From: Camelus ferus | Taxonomy: Eukaryota | Assembly (NCBI RefSeq): GCF_009834535.1 | Contig: NC_045696.1 | Span: forward strand, 53,198,001-53,262,000 | DNA: 64,000 nt | Direction: 5' to 3' | In this document: piece by piece, positions 38,310-51,500 of the stretch | How positions within the stretch are numbered: position 1 is the first letter of the stretch | Layout of the letters: each line of letters starts with the position of its first letter | Made by a program: the position numbers and the translations under genes | Notes under the pieces: model-generated | Told to the model about the DNA's origin: nothing | The model's database searches: none | What the model saw: the letters and a program-made list of their open reading frames with translations, nothing else

Positions 38310-38440
38310 GGAATTTGAGCTCCATGAACTCTGGGGACATTTTTAGTCTTGCTTATTATCACTATAACTTAATTTCCCAGAGTTTCTGACACATAGTAGG
38401 TAACTCATAAATATCAGTTAAATCAAGGAATAATTAAGTG
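38310..38440 (+). mobile_element. L2 3' end
   Basis: GAGCTCCATGA...CTGACACATAGTAGGTAACTCATAAATAT. Confidence 0.6.
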
Positions 38441-41400
38441 ACTGTTTGTGTCTTTTTTCTTATTTCAACTCTTCTACTGAAATTTTTTTAAAAAGTGTTC
38501 CTTTGCTTGCTTCTTCAGTAAACATGAAGACATACTCTGACTTCTTTAATGACTCAGAATTTTGCAGTTCCTCATTAAGTATGAGTAATATTAATTAGCA
38601 CTATAAAATTAATAACCTGACAATTATCAGGTAACATGGGAAGAATTCAAACAGATCCTCATTGACCCTAACTTGTTAGCTTGCTTTTTGACTGATTCTT
38701 TGATTCCAGCTTGCTTTCTTGTCCTTTATCTCATTCTCATAAAAGAATGACGAAAGTGTAATTCTATGGCCTCCTGAACTAAATTTAACACAGTTGCCTT
38801 TTACAAAATTAATGAGTAAATCTAAGGATGACTGTATCTTCTCCCAAATTGTTTTCCAACCCTCATTATAATCTTTCTTACCATTTGTATGTCTCCTTTG
38901 AATTTTCAGTAGCTTTAAAATGTTCTTTATTAGCTAAGCATTAACAGTAACTTAAACATGAAAGCTTTACTCCACTCTCCTTTTTTTGTTTTAATTGAGT
39001 AAGAATCCTTTCCATTTTAAAAATTAGTATTTTTGAGAACCTTCATCTTTAAAGTACTAAACAGTGTCAGGGACAATTTTTTCCAACCTTTTCTTTTTTT
39101 ATGAAAATTTAATAGAATTCTAGAAGAAAGCAACATTGTAAAAAATCTCATACTATAATTAGGTGATGTAAATCTCTTTTACAGAAATGTATCACATTCT
39201 AAGCAACTTGTAGGGCCATAGTTTGAATTAAGAAAGCAACAATTGCAAATAGGAAAATGATAAGAAAATATCACACCTTAGCTTTTGCTTCCTGAAAGTG
39301 AAGCACTTCTGCCTAACAGTAAAACAGTTACTCTGTTCAGGTGAGCGCATGCTTCTGCAGTCATCTCTTATTGCATGTGTAATAAGGGACCACTCAAAAG
39401 GAAAAAAGAGAGAAACAGAGTGGCATTTATGCATAAATTTGTACTTTCTTAGCAAATGGTTTACATGTAACACTCTGAAAACTATTGGAATGATATTCTT
39501 TATTAATAAAATTTTGTTTTTTTAAAACACACACTGTACTTATTTAATCTAATCTGTAGGTGTTTGAATTTAGCTTGACCCTGTACAAGGATTCTCTCTC
39601 TCTTTTTTTTTAAACCAAAACACATCAGTTCCTTGGTGCTCTAACACTGTTCAGCATATTTAGTAATCAGAACAACAGAAATTCAAAATTCTGCAAAATT
39701 GTGCAGTTGCTAAACATTCAGCTGATAAATTTTCACAGTGTACATTTAGCTATCCAATAACATGTCAATCTTAAAATACCATTACTATCTTACCAGCAAT
39801 GCATATGCCTGTATCAACTGTATTAACTCAAAAACATTTATTGTAACTTATTCATGACACATTGGTCCACAAACAGAAGTTAAAAACACTCAAATAAAAT
39901 ATGCTTTGTATATTATAATTCTGTTCTATGAGTATAAGATGGTATTCAATAGCTGTATTTGCTCACAAACGGTAAAGAATTTAGATTGGCTCATTTTCAC
40001 CCCGACCATCTACATTATAAACTAAAATTAGAAAACCTTGCCACAGCTTTTTCACATGTCCATTGTTCCTTAAAACTATATCTGCATTTTTCCATTTTAA
40101 GGCTTATACCACTTTGACAGATTACTTTTCTATCTTTCACAACTAGAAGCCAATACGATAGTGCTATGCATGGAACTGGTCATTAACTTAGAAAGCACTG
40201 CCTAAACTTGTGTATTTGTGGTGCTGGTGGGGCTGGTAGTGACGTGCAGTGATGTGGCAGTGTCACTGGCAGTAACTCCTTATCCCCCAGTGATTGAGTG
40301 TAAAGGTGACTGGGAAATTGTTTTGGTAACAAACACCCTCAGACGTAAGTGAGTGTTTGATTCTCCTACTTCTTCACTCCCAGCCACCACAACTACTAGC
40401 CTCACGCTCTGTAATATCTGTGTATTGCTGTGTGCTCTATCCTTTTTCTCATTTTGCTTCCTCCCACAACACAACCTTTTTCTGTCGTTTTTCTCCTCAG
40501 TTTTCTACCTGCAATTTCCCAGCTACGGATTGGTGCTTGAGAGGGTATATTTTCAAGCGTAAGACTCCTCACTCTGTTCCCATTTTCTCTGACCTGAGCC
40601 AGATAAACACTTGTGAGGCTTAAGAGTAGTGGAAGCCCTGATGCCTCTGTGCCTTGGGGAGTTAGAACCTGGGCCCAAGGCCCAAAGTCCAAGGCAGCAT
40701 CTTCATGCAGGAGATTCGGCCTTCAGGGTAGCGCTTCTCCTTGAGTGCTGGTGGGGGTAGAAGTGCACGTGGAGACAGTGCATCATTCGGGGGAGGACAC
40801 ACCTGATTAACATTCTGGGCGTGTGAAGCAGTCTGTGCACAGTTAACTTTTCTGAAGTGTATTTTGGAGCTTTCAGATTACGTTTTACATAGTGTAATTC
40901 TATCCTCTTACCCTTAGCCACAGACACCTTGGTATCACAGTACTGTAAGGTATTGCTTTGCCTCAGAGTTTACAACTTTCTGATATAACACTTATATGAT
41001 CATGCATATTCCATCCTAGTTACCACAGTGAAACTAGAGCTATTTTATTCTTCTAATCTTTCTTCATGAGTCCTAAAATTCTTTAACAATCTTTGTTGTT
41101 GGTTTCTTCTTTCATTTCCAGTTATCAGTATCTTTCTGATCCTGAGGCACTCAGACTTAGAAGGAGAATGCCAGCTAGAGTCTCACCTTACCATATACAT
41201 AGTAGCTACAGGCTACAGCTTTCCTGCTCTGTGACAGCATTTGTCTGTTTATGAAGCCAGTGCTCTTACATATGTTTATTATCTTAGCATCAGGTTGAAT
41301 TATCAGCATGTCACCTTGCCATTTAGAAAGCTGTCATCTGAGTCCCTCTTCTTCATGGCATCCTTAGACTTTAGCTCAGTCTTTATCATAGATTTGAATT

Positions 41401-42496
41401 CCATTTTTTTCCAGGTTTTCTTTGCTCAATGCTGAGTAATCTGTGTTTTGCCCCATTTCCTGTTTAAAAGACAATTGCCTACCTAGGAAACCAGCATGGT
41501 ATCCTTCATCCAATCTCTCTGAAGACTAGACTCTTCAGAGAAGTCTTAGCCAACCGTGAGCAGGCTTGCAGAAAGTACTGATCTTGAAAATCTCCTTCCC
41601 AAAATGTGCTAACTTCAGTCTCTTTGCCACTAGAATGTGCTGCCATTCTGCATCCCCATACCTACATTTCACATATTTTTCTAAATTAAAGGAAGAGAGG
41701 GTTAAGCAAATATTTTAATACTTGGGTTGATGTACACAACAGAAGGATAATCAGAGAATGTAATAAATACTAAATTACTTCCCAAATGAGCCTAATGAAT
41801 CCTCTTCTTACCATTTTCTTATTATTTTTCTGACCCAAATTGAGGTAGAAATACACATACTTTATTTGCTAATTTAGGTGTCTTTCATCCAAGTGTAAAG
41901 ACTTCTGCTTAAAAAAAAAAAAAGAAAAAGAAAAAAGACATTCCAACATTTCCCACTGGCTATGCAAACAATCAATGATTACCAACTGCTGTTATGCCTT
42001 TCACTTAGTGCTACTGAATCTGAAATTTGATTTTAACCATCAGGAAGTAGTAATCATAAACTATAGGTCCTACATTGTAGTGTGAGAAGAAGATTTCAGA
42101 TTCTTGAGCTTCTAGATTTTGAGGGATAAGTGATTTAAATGCTGATAAATTTCCTTCCTGACTCCATATTGAGGTCTTGAATCCTCCCATAAATGCATCT
42201 TTTTATGTTAACGTTTTGGCCACTTTTGACTCATCAAAATGTTCAAGGTCCTTTAAGTACAGAGGTCGTGAAATGTGAGCTTGTATTTATAAGACTCAAT
42301 ACAATTAATGACTTATGCCACTAATATCACTAACATTTCTCTACATAGAAAAATGTATTACCTTGTTGCATCCTCTGACTTCTAAGAAATTATGACAGCA
42401 TGATTTTGAAGCCAGTTTTCTTACTGAAAGCGGAAGGAAAGCATCTGTGGCTTAACTCCGATGGGAATGGAACACACTCCGTTGTTTGGGAGAATT

Positions 42497-42742
42497 GGGG
42501 GTGGAGGGATAAATTGGGAGTTTAGAATTTGCACATACTAACTACAATATGTAAAATAGATAAGCAGCAAGGTCCTACTGTATAGCATAGGGAACTATAT
42601 TCAATACTTCAAAAAGAGCCTATAATGAAAAAGAATACAAAAAGGAATATATATATATATCTGAATCACTATGCTGTATGCCAGAAATTAACACAACACT
42701 GTAAACCGACTACACTTCAATTTTTAAAAAAATTTTTAAAAA
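42497..42742 (+). mobile_element. L1 3'UTR terminal fragment (artiodactyl type)
   Basis: GGGATAAATTGGGAGTTT...AAGGTCCTACTGTATAGCATAGGGAACTATATTCAATA...GACTACACTTCAATT plus A tail. Confidence 0.88.
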
Positions 42743-44189
42743 GAAGCAAGTGCAAAGTGCAGATCAGTTCCAAGAGGCTCCCTCTGAAAACGATGCTGTG
42801 TTGCTACCAGGCAGGATGGCAATGGAGCATGTCTGGATATCAGCCTGCACTTGGCTATTACCACCTGCCTGTCTTTAAAGGGAAGTACCACCTTTTAATA
42901 TTAAGTCATTTGCTAGTTCTGCAGAATGCCAGTCAGGTATACTAGCTCAGCAAATTACAGCAGAAGATGGTAAGCATTCTGCTACCTCCCTGGTCTCTTC
43001 CTCTGTATCTGGTAGAACCCTAAAAATTCACTCTTCTGGGATGAAGAGATAAGAAAGTTCTTCCTCTATCTTTCCTTCAGATTGCATTCTTGATCTGGAA
43101 CTTAATCTGGACTTCCTTTTGGGCCAAGATGGAGAGTAATCTGGAACTGACTACCTGCCAAAATGGCCTTGTGATATTTCCCAAATTGGGAAAAGCATTG
43201 GCTTTCAAGACACCAAATCACAGCTCTAGTGCAGTCCAGCTAAATGCTGACACAGTTCAGCTTCTGAGGTCAGACTCTCTGAGAGGCTCATGGGAGCTAA
43301 GGGGAATTGTTCAGTGTTTCTGCTTTACTATGAATAACAAGGGATAAATAAGTGTTAGAGAAGATAAGATGGTGGTAGGAATGGGTAAACATTAAACTAA
43401 TCAGCCCTACTCTATGTTTGATCCACCCATTTTCCAAATTTGTTTTATAGTCATCTATTTCTTTGACAATCTCCCTAGTGGCTTGACAACTGTTTACTAA
43501 TGTCCATGTACTATATGTGTAGTGCTCTATATATTACTATATGTAGTACTCTATATATTGACTTTCAGTTGAAGGAGGCTGGTTCAAGATTAGGCTCTCA
43601 TTTTAAACAGATTTATAATGTTGCACGTACTTTACTGAAAACCATCTTTGGCATGAAGAAGTATATACTCAAGAGTACCAGAGCTGTCAATTTTCCCCTT
43701 CCTGAGAAAGGGTCACCTGCAGAAAAGCTAAAGTTTGCGTTGAAAAAAAATTTTTCAGTTGAGAATTGGGCACTTGCTTGTGGTAGTTATGACTTCCAAG
43801 GGATTACAGGACTGCACTGCTATTAAGGTCCAAGATGGAACTGCATTTGGTGCTTTATATCATAATATGTTTACATCTGTCTTTTTGATGACATAGTAAC
43901 TTTTCAAATCCACATATAGGTGGCTCATAGCTCTGCCATCTGCTTCCCCATCAGAAGAAACACAATAGTTTATACTCTGCCAAAATGTGGCTTTAGTTTC
44001 TATGCCCTGCTGCTCTGGCCACAGTAATTTAAATAACTGTTCCAGGGTGATAGAGTCTTTAAAGAGGAGATATTTCTGCCCCTAATGCCTTGCCTCACAT
44101 CAGTGTCATGACAACTGTCCAGAGAAGGGGTACATCATCTTTCCCACAGGTGAGAAGAAAGTATTACAGCCAACAGTGTATCTAACTTG

Positions 44190-44730
44190 GTCATTCTTTG
44201 GCGTTTACATATGGGCCTCCTCAAATGTTTCCATGCTGAACAATTAAGGCCCAATTAAGGTTCCTTTGTCAGCTTGTGATGTGGGCAGTTATTTTCTCCT
44301 TGTCCAATTCCCCTGACCCAGGCTGGCGCCGTAATAGACGTTGTGTTCTCAGATCCAAATCAAACACAATAAACATTTTTATCTTTGGTTTAAATTTTTT
44401 TTAAGGTTTTACTTTCAAATAACTATCAACATGAATGGGGAGAAGGAGAGTTTGGCCTGTTTTTTTGTTTGTTTGTTTTTTGTTTTTTAACATAAGGGAA
44501 GTATTTTATTTTCTCCCCTTGAGAGTTTGATAGTTGTTTTGTCTCCAGGGTCACAACTAATTAAAACTTTAAGACTTAGCTTTACACCCTTTACCATCGC
44601 TAGCCAATCTCTTCCCTCTTTTTTTCCCCACACAAGGGTAAACTGCAGAGAAATACTACTTAATTATCACACCACGTAACTAATTAAAAGCAGGATGTTT
44701 GTGTATGGTATGCTAATGAGCCATTAGAGA
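44190..44730. promoter_or_regulatory. Candidate enhancer / conserved non-coding element
   Basis: CAATTAAGG direct repeat, CTAATTAA twice, CTAATG-AGC-CATTAG palindrome. Confidence 0.35.
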
Positions 44731-46169
44731 TCCAACGTGCTTTAGTGACAAGGCGTGGGTTCCTATTCTACCCGTCACCTAGCTGTGGATTTCTCGTTCG
44801 TTGACAGTTAGTGATGATGAGATGGGAATTTATTATGCCGCTTACGAGCCAAGAACTTGGGGGAGAGGGCAGGGAGGTCAAGCAACAAAGTCACTCAGAG
44901 GAAGCAACACCTGAGCTGAAACCAAGAGACAAAAAAATTCCCCTGAAGATTAGATTTATAGCAAACCATGGAATGTGTAGCTTGCACGGCAGAAGGTATT
45001 CAATAAACAGGGAAATTTCACTATTATCTTTGTTGGGCCCTGCAAGGGAAGATGAGCATAACAGAAGTGAACTATTGATTAGCTACTTGTATGCCATCTG
45101 TCCAGATTTGAGCATATCAGTTTATACGTCCTCCAAAGACAATGTAAAAAGATTGGCATTTCACGTTGAGGTGAGGGCAGAAATGTGCCGAGAAGTGTCT
45201 AGAGAGGAAAGAAGGAAGACGGGAGACAAGATAGAAAAGGGAAAGAATAACTATTTATAATCACTTTTGTCTGATTGTGAGAAAAAAGATTACAAATGGA
45301 AGGAGCAGGGATGTTAGCAAGAATCAAGAAGATGGCCACACTAATGCTAACAATAATGATAATCAACCCCGGACATTCCTTACCAGTAGGCAGGTACCTG
45401 CTAAGCACTTTAAATGCATTATTTCACAGATACCCCATCCTAGAGAGGGCTATAAGATCAGTGTAGGGTTCTGAAGCAAAGTGTCACTATCTCTAAATAG
45501 AGTTTCAAAACTAAGAACTTCTGCAATACATCAAGGAGAATGGACTCCCACCATGTACACTGAGCTGGGGTGCAAGGTAGGTGCTGCACCTTTTAAAGTG
45601 TCCACATCCTCTGCGTCCAGAGTATAATAGGTACTCATTTAAGTGGAAATAAACAGTAGAATGTTAACAATGTAAGTGAACTTTGAAGAGATCCATCCCT
45701 TTTTGTTAACAAACAGTAATGAAGGTTAGAGATGAAAAAATGGCTTTCGTGAGTTGATGCTGGTGCCGCCATGTATTCTGGCTCTGTTACTTAACCTCTA
45801 TTAAGAAATATGCATTTCAAAGTAATAGAATTAACACAATAAGGAATTTTATTTTGTGCCCACCCCCATATGTTTGAACAATATTCCTGATGTGCTTCTG
45901 TTTTCCTTAAGTCAGGAAGACCTACTCCCTTTCTCCCTAAGTCTAATTATCAACTGAAAGAAGGAAAGCAGCCGTCAGAATTTATGGGGAAGTCTTTTAC
46001 TTGCAAAGGGGAGAAGACACCATGCCAAGCCATCTCTGCCCTCCTGGAAACCCCAGAGTGAAGATAGCAGAGTCACTGTCACTACAGCAGCAACTCCCAC
46101 AGTGAAGTGTTCATTAGGTGAGCAACCTCTATTTTCTTGCCATCATGTGCATTTCAATAATAAAAAAGT

Positions 46170-46582
46170 AATCTCTGTGTTCTCCACAATATTTATTCTT
46201 CCCTTCTTACTCCATCAGAGAACATCTGTATTATTGGCAATGAGTTCAGCTAAAAACCTCCATTTTGCAGCCTCCCTTGTAGATGGAGTTGCCCCATGAG
46301 ATGTAAGTCAGTCAATGGATAGAGGCTCCAGAACATTCCATGAAGGAGAAATGGTCATGTAATGGCTGGACCCCCAAAATGTCCTTGAATCTTGAGGATG
46401 GAGGCCATATATTTAAGATGGCAAAGTCAAATAATAGGTTCAGGGCAGTTCTGATCTAATTTCAGCCCTGGATATCTCCTCTGGACTATTTTACATTACA
46501 GAAAGCTAAAAGCCCTCATTTGTTTAATCTCCTTTTTTGAGCTTTCTGTAATATGCAACTAAATCTAACCCAAACTGATGCA
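46170..46582 (+). mobile_element. MLT1J/I-like MaLR LTR
   Basis: CATTTTGCAGCCTCCCTTGTAG...GAGATGTAAG...CTCATTTGTTTAA...AACTGATGCA. Confidence 0.6.
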
Positions 46583-48043
46583 TCCTTTTCCCAGTCTCCT
46601 CCTAATATTCCTAGACTATTAATAATAGCTATTGCAAATGTTTCCCTCTTCTGATTTAGATAAGACACCACCACCCCTTGTTAATCTAGTTTAGAAAAGG
46701 AACTCCTTTTGGTGGGCGAAGCTGTCATGTTGGCTACAAATGCCTCTCTCGCTTGGCTAATCAAAATTCCTTTTCATTGCTATAATTCAAAGACTGGGCT
46801 TAAATCCATACCCTATCTTTCATGTTAGGCATGAAATTTTTTTTTCTTCTTTCCTTCTTAGCTATATCTGAGGAATTCGTGGGGGTAGGTGGAAGTTTAG
46901 AAAGAAAAGACAATCAGCTTCTTGATATGTTGGTATTGACAAGTGGGAGCCTAGGGTTTCATGGCACCTCTCCTTTAACATCCTTAGGGCTCTGCAAATT
47001 TGTGGGGCATCAGAAAGAAGCACTGCTTTTTGGAAAACCTGACAAGTGTAAAATCCCTCTGTTTTTGGTTTGACCTCAAAATTTGGGGTGTGTTTCAGGA
47101 TTTCTAAAGTTCTTTCATTTTTCTCTCACTGTTTTTTCTATTTTCTTTCATTTTTGTTTTTGTTTCTTTTGGACTTCACTCATGAATTTAGAAACTCTTG
47201 CACATTTAAAGGAATATTCTTCTTTTGATGGCTAAATAAAGGACAGGGTTGATAAGAGAGTAAGGATTTCCGTTGAGTTAAAAAAAGTGGGAAGTAACTT
47301 TTTTGGGGGTGAGGAGGGAGGGAGTTGAAAAGTAAATGAAATGCAGTCCAACCCAATTCAAGAATCTATGTAACAACAGATCTTTCAGTGGGCTGGATAG
47401 CCATGCTATGCTATCCCTGTTAAGGGTAGCTACATGGGTTCGAATTTCCCTGGTAGAACCAAGACAAGCCTTCCCACTGGATGGTCCCAAAAGCTCCGAA
47501 AGCTGCTGTGTTGAGAAGGGCTCTACCCATTCCTTTTTCATCATCATCTCTGTCCATTCTGTCCCATATACTAAGCACAAGGTTTGTTCATGCGTCTCTC
47601 AATTAAGCCTAAATTAAGGTAAAAATGATGGAGGGACAAGTACACAATTTTAATAATGAGTGGCTATAAATTTCAGCTTTTGCATATATGATCTATGTAG
47701 TAAGCAAGACATGAAACCTCAGCAAAACCATTCCCTCATTTATACAATGTGAATTGCAAACTCTCTTATTAAATGAGATGCACAACACACATACTATATA
47801 CATTGCCCACTTACAAATCACGTTTGGATCTTTGGTATCCTCTACACAATGCTCAATAAATTGCTCAAAAATATTTATTGACACACAATGCCCAAAGAAT
47901 ACTTGCTTGAGTTTGAATAATACATAATGAACAAATGGATGAATGTCCCACTGGCACTGCTTTGAGTCCTGGCTGAATTTTTTGTAATGCCATTCTGTTC
48001 AGTCTGACATTGAGCATATTCCATTGTGCAGCAACCCTAACAA

Positions 48044-48172
48044 TAAGGTGAGCATGTTATCCAAACCAGGACACTTTTGAGAATGAAGGGAGGCACTATT
48101 CATGATTACTTCAGAATAAGGATGTAAATTGCGATCGTCCTGGGTAAATAGGACATATATATGGTCATCGTC
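48044..48172. mobile_element. MER94 (hAT-Blackjack)
   Basis: TAAGGTGAGCAT...TCCAAACCAGGACACTTTTGAGAATGAAGGGAGGCACTATT...ATATGGTCA. Confidence 0.75.
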
Positions 48173-48223
48173 TTAAAAAGCACATAGCTCTTTAATCCTT
48201 GGTCAGGATCACAATTAATTTAT

Positions 48224-48563
48224 GGGGAAGGAGCTTTAGGACGGCAGAAGAGAAGGATGCAGAGCTCACCTTCTCCCACAAATACATCAAAAGTACATCT
48301 ACATGTGAAACAAATCTCACAGAATACCTACTGAACTCTGGCAGAAGATTCTGTACAACTGGAACTATAAGGAAAATCATCACAAAACAGGATAAACAAC
48401 AAGGTTCTATTGTATGTCATAGAGAACTATATTCAAATACCTTATAATGACCTGTAATAAAAAATAATATGAAAAGAAATATATATATGTGTGTGTATAT
48501 AAATGAATCACTATGCTGTACATCAGAAATTAACACATAAATCGACTATTCTTCAATTTAAAA
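48224..48563 (+). mobile_element. Internally deleted mini-L1 (5'UTR head fused to 3'UTR tail)
   Basis: L1-like start GGGG...GAGCTCACCTTCTCCCACAAATACATCAAAA joined near 48388 to GGATAAACAACAAGG...CTTCAATTTAAAAA; TSD AATTAATTTAT / AATGAATTTGT. Confidence 0.75.
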
Positions 48564-51500
48564 AATGAATTTGTAATTGTGAAAGTATGCACAGGTATGC
48601 TTTTCTTAATGCTTAAGCCAAGAGAAGTACTCAAATATTGTACAAGTATGCCTTACTCTGGGCGATGGATTGCTTCCTGAACAACTGTTTATTGGATTTT
48701 TAGTAAATGAAGGTATATATACATTCCCATGGGCACTCTATAAAGAATCTCAGTACTGAACCATTTTTAAAGTGACAAAATTCTAAAATCTGAATAATCA
48801 ACCCGCCGACTGGGAACTCTGATACCTAATTTATTTGCTTATAAATTAAAGTTTGTTTTGTTTCATTTTATATTGAGTTTTCCAAAGCATGATAGACCTT
48901 TAGGACAGAGTCCTGTATGAAACATGTCCTAATAATATGTGATTGGTCAATTACTCACCTAGGATACTTTTAGTCATACAAAACTGTCACTGTAATGAAA
49001 GTTGTTACCTTAATGCGGTGATACACAGAAACGGTAGAGGACTGTCACTGAGCAACGTGAAATGGCAATTTCCCTTCAACTTAGCACCCCATGTTCCTGG
49101 ATAGCCACAAAATTAGCATCCTTCTGCCCCATGAAACTCAAGCAGGGTTGCCTGCAATTGAGTTTGCGGGTTTAGATGGACCACAAAGCTTCTTCACTGC
49201 ATTTGAGATCTAGATTGTGATTGTTTTAGCAGTTAAGTTTGTCAGAATGGCTTCAGTAATACCAGAGATGGGTCTGGTGCCATGAGCAGCAGTCTTGGCC
49301 CTTCAGTGGCCAACAAGGACTGATTAAGAAGTGAAACATTGGTTAAGTTTCTCTCAATTAGGCGTAAGATAATGTCTTCCTGGAAGCACCTACTCACTGT
49401 AATTGCTAGACCCTGGATAAATTTGACTTGCTAAGGGAGCTTTAATGTTTAACACATGTTAAAGAGTTACAGAAAATCTTTTAGCTGTGACTTTCATAAG
49501 TGCTCCCTGTTTATCCTGTTTGAGTTGCAAACACAGAACGCCACTTTACAGACCATGTTGAGTAATATCTTAAAGTGCTAAACCCAGCCCTTCTATACCT
49601 ATCCAAACATCCAACTTGAATAGCTTTATTATAATAAGCAGTATCATATAGTTCTATCATAATAAGTAATATCGTAATTTAAAGGCATGAACATTTAAAG
49701 TGCAGTCCAGGTTTTGTTAGTCACTAGTTCTGAGATCTAGATAAAGAATACTTATTCAAACTTTAATTACTCCATATGTAAAATTAGAGGATGGGACCAT
49801 ATGTACTATAGGCTCCTTTTGTAAGTAACATTTTAGGAATGACTCCTTGAAGCCTCAAATAGACAGAAAACTACGATGTTATAGGATGATATAATGAGGT
49901 TCCATGGTTCCAGTATAAAGAGTTGATGACCAAGAAGTGAATTAACTCGAAACTTAAGCCACTGAAAAACAGAATTCAGGTTTTCTGATATGATACAGAT
50001 TATTTTCAGTAGATAAACATAAGATATGCTATAATTACCATGATATTCTTTTCAACTTAAAAATCAATCTCTAATACATAACTTGATTGTACTCATTTTA
50101 CAGAAGAGAAAACAGACTCAGAGGAGTTAAATATTTCCCCCAAGTTTGCTAGAACTTGAAATAGCCTAGATTTGCTTATTCCCAGTTAGTTTGTTTCATA
50201 TTTTAGGGTCTATTCAGGTGGAAAATAACAAAAGAACTGGATTTTGTTAGCAAGCAGTTGGTTCTAGGTGCTCTAGGATTATTAAACAAGAATATTCTAC
50301 TTCACTAACAGGAGGAAACAAATGGAGACATTTGATTATACTCATCTTGTACCACAGAAGTAAAATCTACTTTGTGGACAGAGAATAAAATGCAATTCAC
50401 TGAGGGATAATGAACCAAGTTGTGGTTAGTCTAAAAGAGAAGCTGGACTTTCACTACTGTTTTGTGGGAGAAGTCTTCCTGAATAATGATACTCAAACTC
50501 ATTACTGAATTCCTTTCTGCTGCGGAGAAGGACAGCTAAAAACTAAGGAGAGAAATAAGAAAGTACAATGGAATATATATTCTATGTAAATTGAGTATGG
50601 GGGGGATATGGGCTGGGATGCAATCGTGAAAGGGAAAAAAAACAGTGATAAAATGGAGATTGGATTTTAGAAAAGCAAAAGCAGAGTGAAAGAGGAGATG
50701 GATGTAAAGATGAAAGGAATTATTGAAGTGCATTTTCTCTCTTTGTCTTTGACAATGTCAACCACCTATTTATGCATATGTCTTGTGAATTACAGAACCA
50801 CAAATGAACATGCATATAACAAAAACAAATAGAGAAACCATACATGTGTTCATAACTGTTCTGTCTAGTGATGCATTTTTGCATAGACAGAGGCCTGATC
50901 ATGAGTCCCATTATATCATGGAAACTGAAGCCACTAATTAAGTGTTTGGAGAAAGGCAAAAATAACACTAAAAAAACAAAAACTAAAACCTACAACATCA
51001 AGACTTTGAACTGATATTCTTCTACTGGGAAAGATAAGTTCCTCTGTTTGATGTAAAGACCATCTAGATTAGTCTTCTTGCATTCACTAAATAATTATTC
51101 CCAAGCTAACTGACAGTGATTACAGTTAGCAGTTCAGCACACATCCTCAGATTTGTCATATGGTACTGCTAATGAGGGGATGTATTTTCCTGATAAAGAA
51201 TTAACCTAATTGTTGTTGGCTCCCTATTTTGAAGCAAAGACCCTGAACTACCTTGATGTTTTATGTTTCTCTTTTTCATGGTGTTTTCTTCTTTTTGTTG
51301 TGTTTTGATTCAAAGTCAGCAGGAATAACTGTTCATCTGCCAGTGGAGCCATTCTTTTCTGTATGACTTTAGCCTCCACAGATGCAAGGCACATACATAT
51401 AATGTCATCCTTAATGTGTAAGAATCTATTCTAAATAGGTGCTAGATGTCAATTAATATGGAGGGGAAAAGCCAAAAATGTTGGTTTGCTATTTGATTTA

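Noticed and set aside
40255..40270. TGGCAGTGTC, the start of miR-34a
   Set aside because: Only a 10-nt match, with no remaining mature sequence or convincing hairpin.
44811..45260. 149-aa ORF as a coding exon
   Set aside because: GTG start, no recognisable homology and no convincing flanking splice sites.
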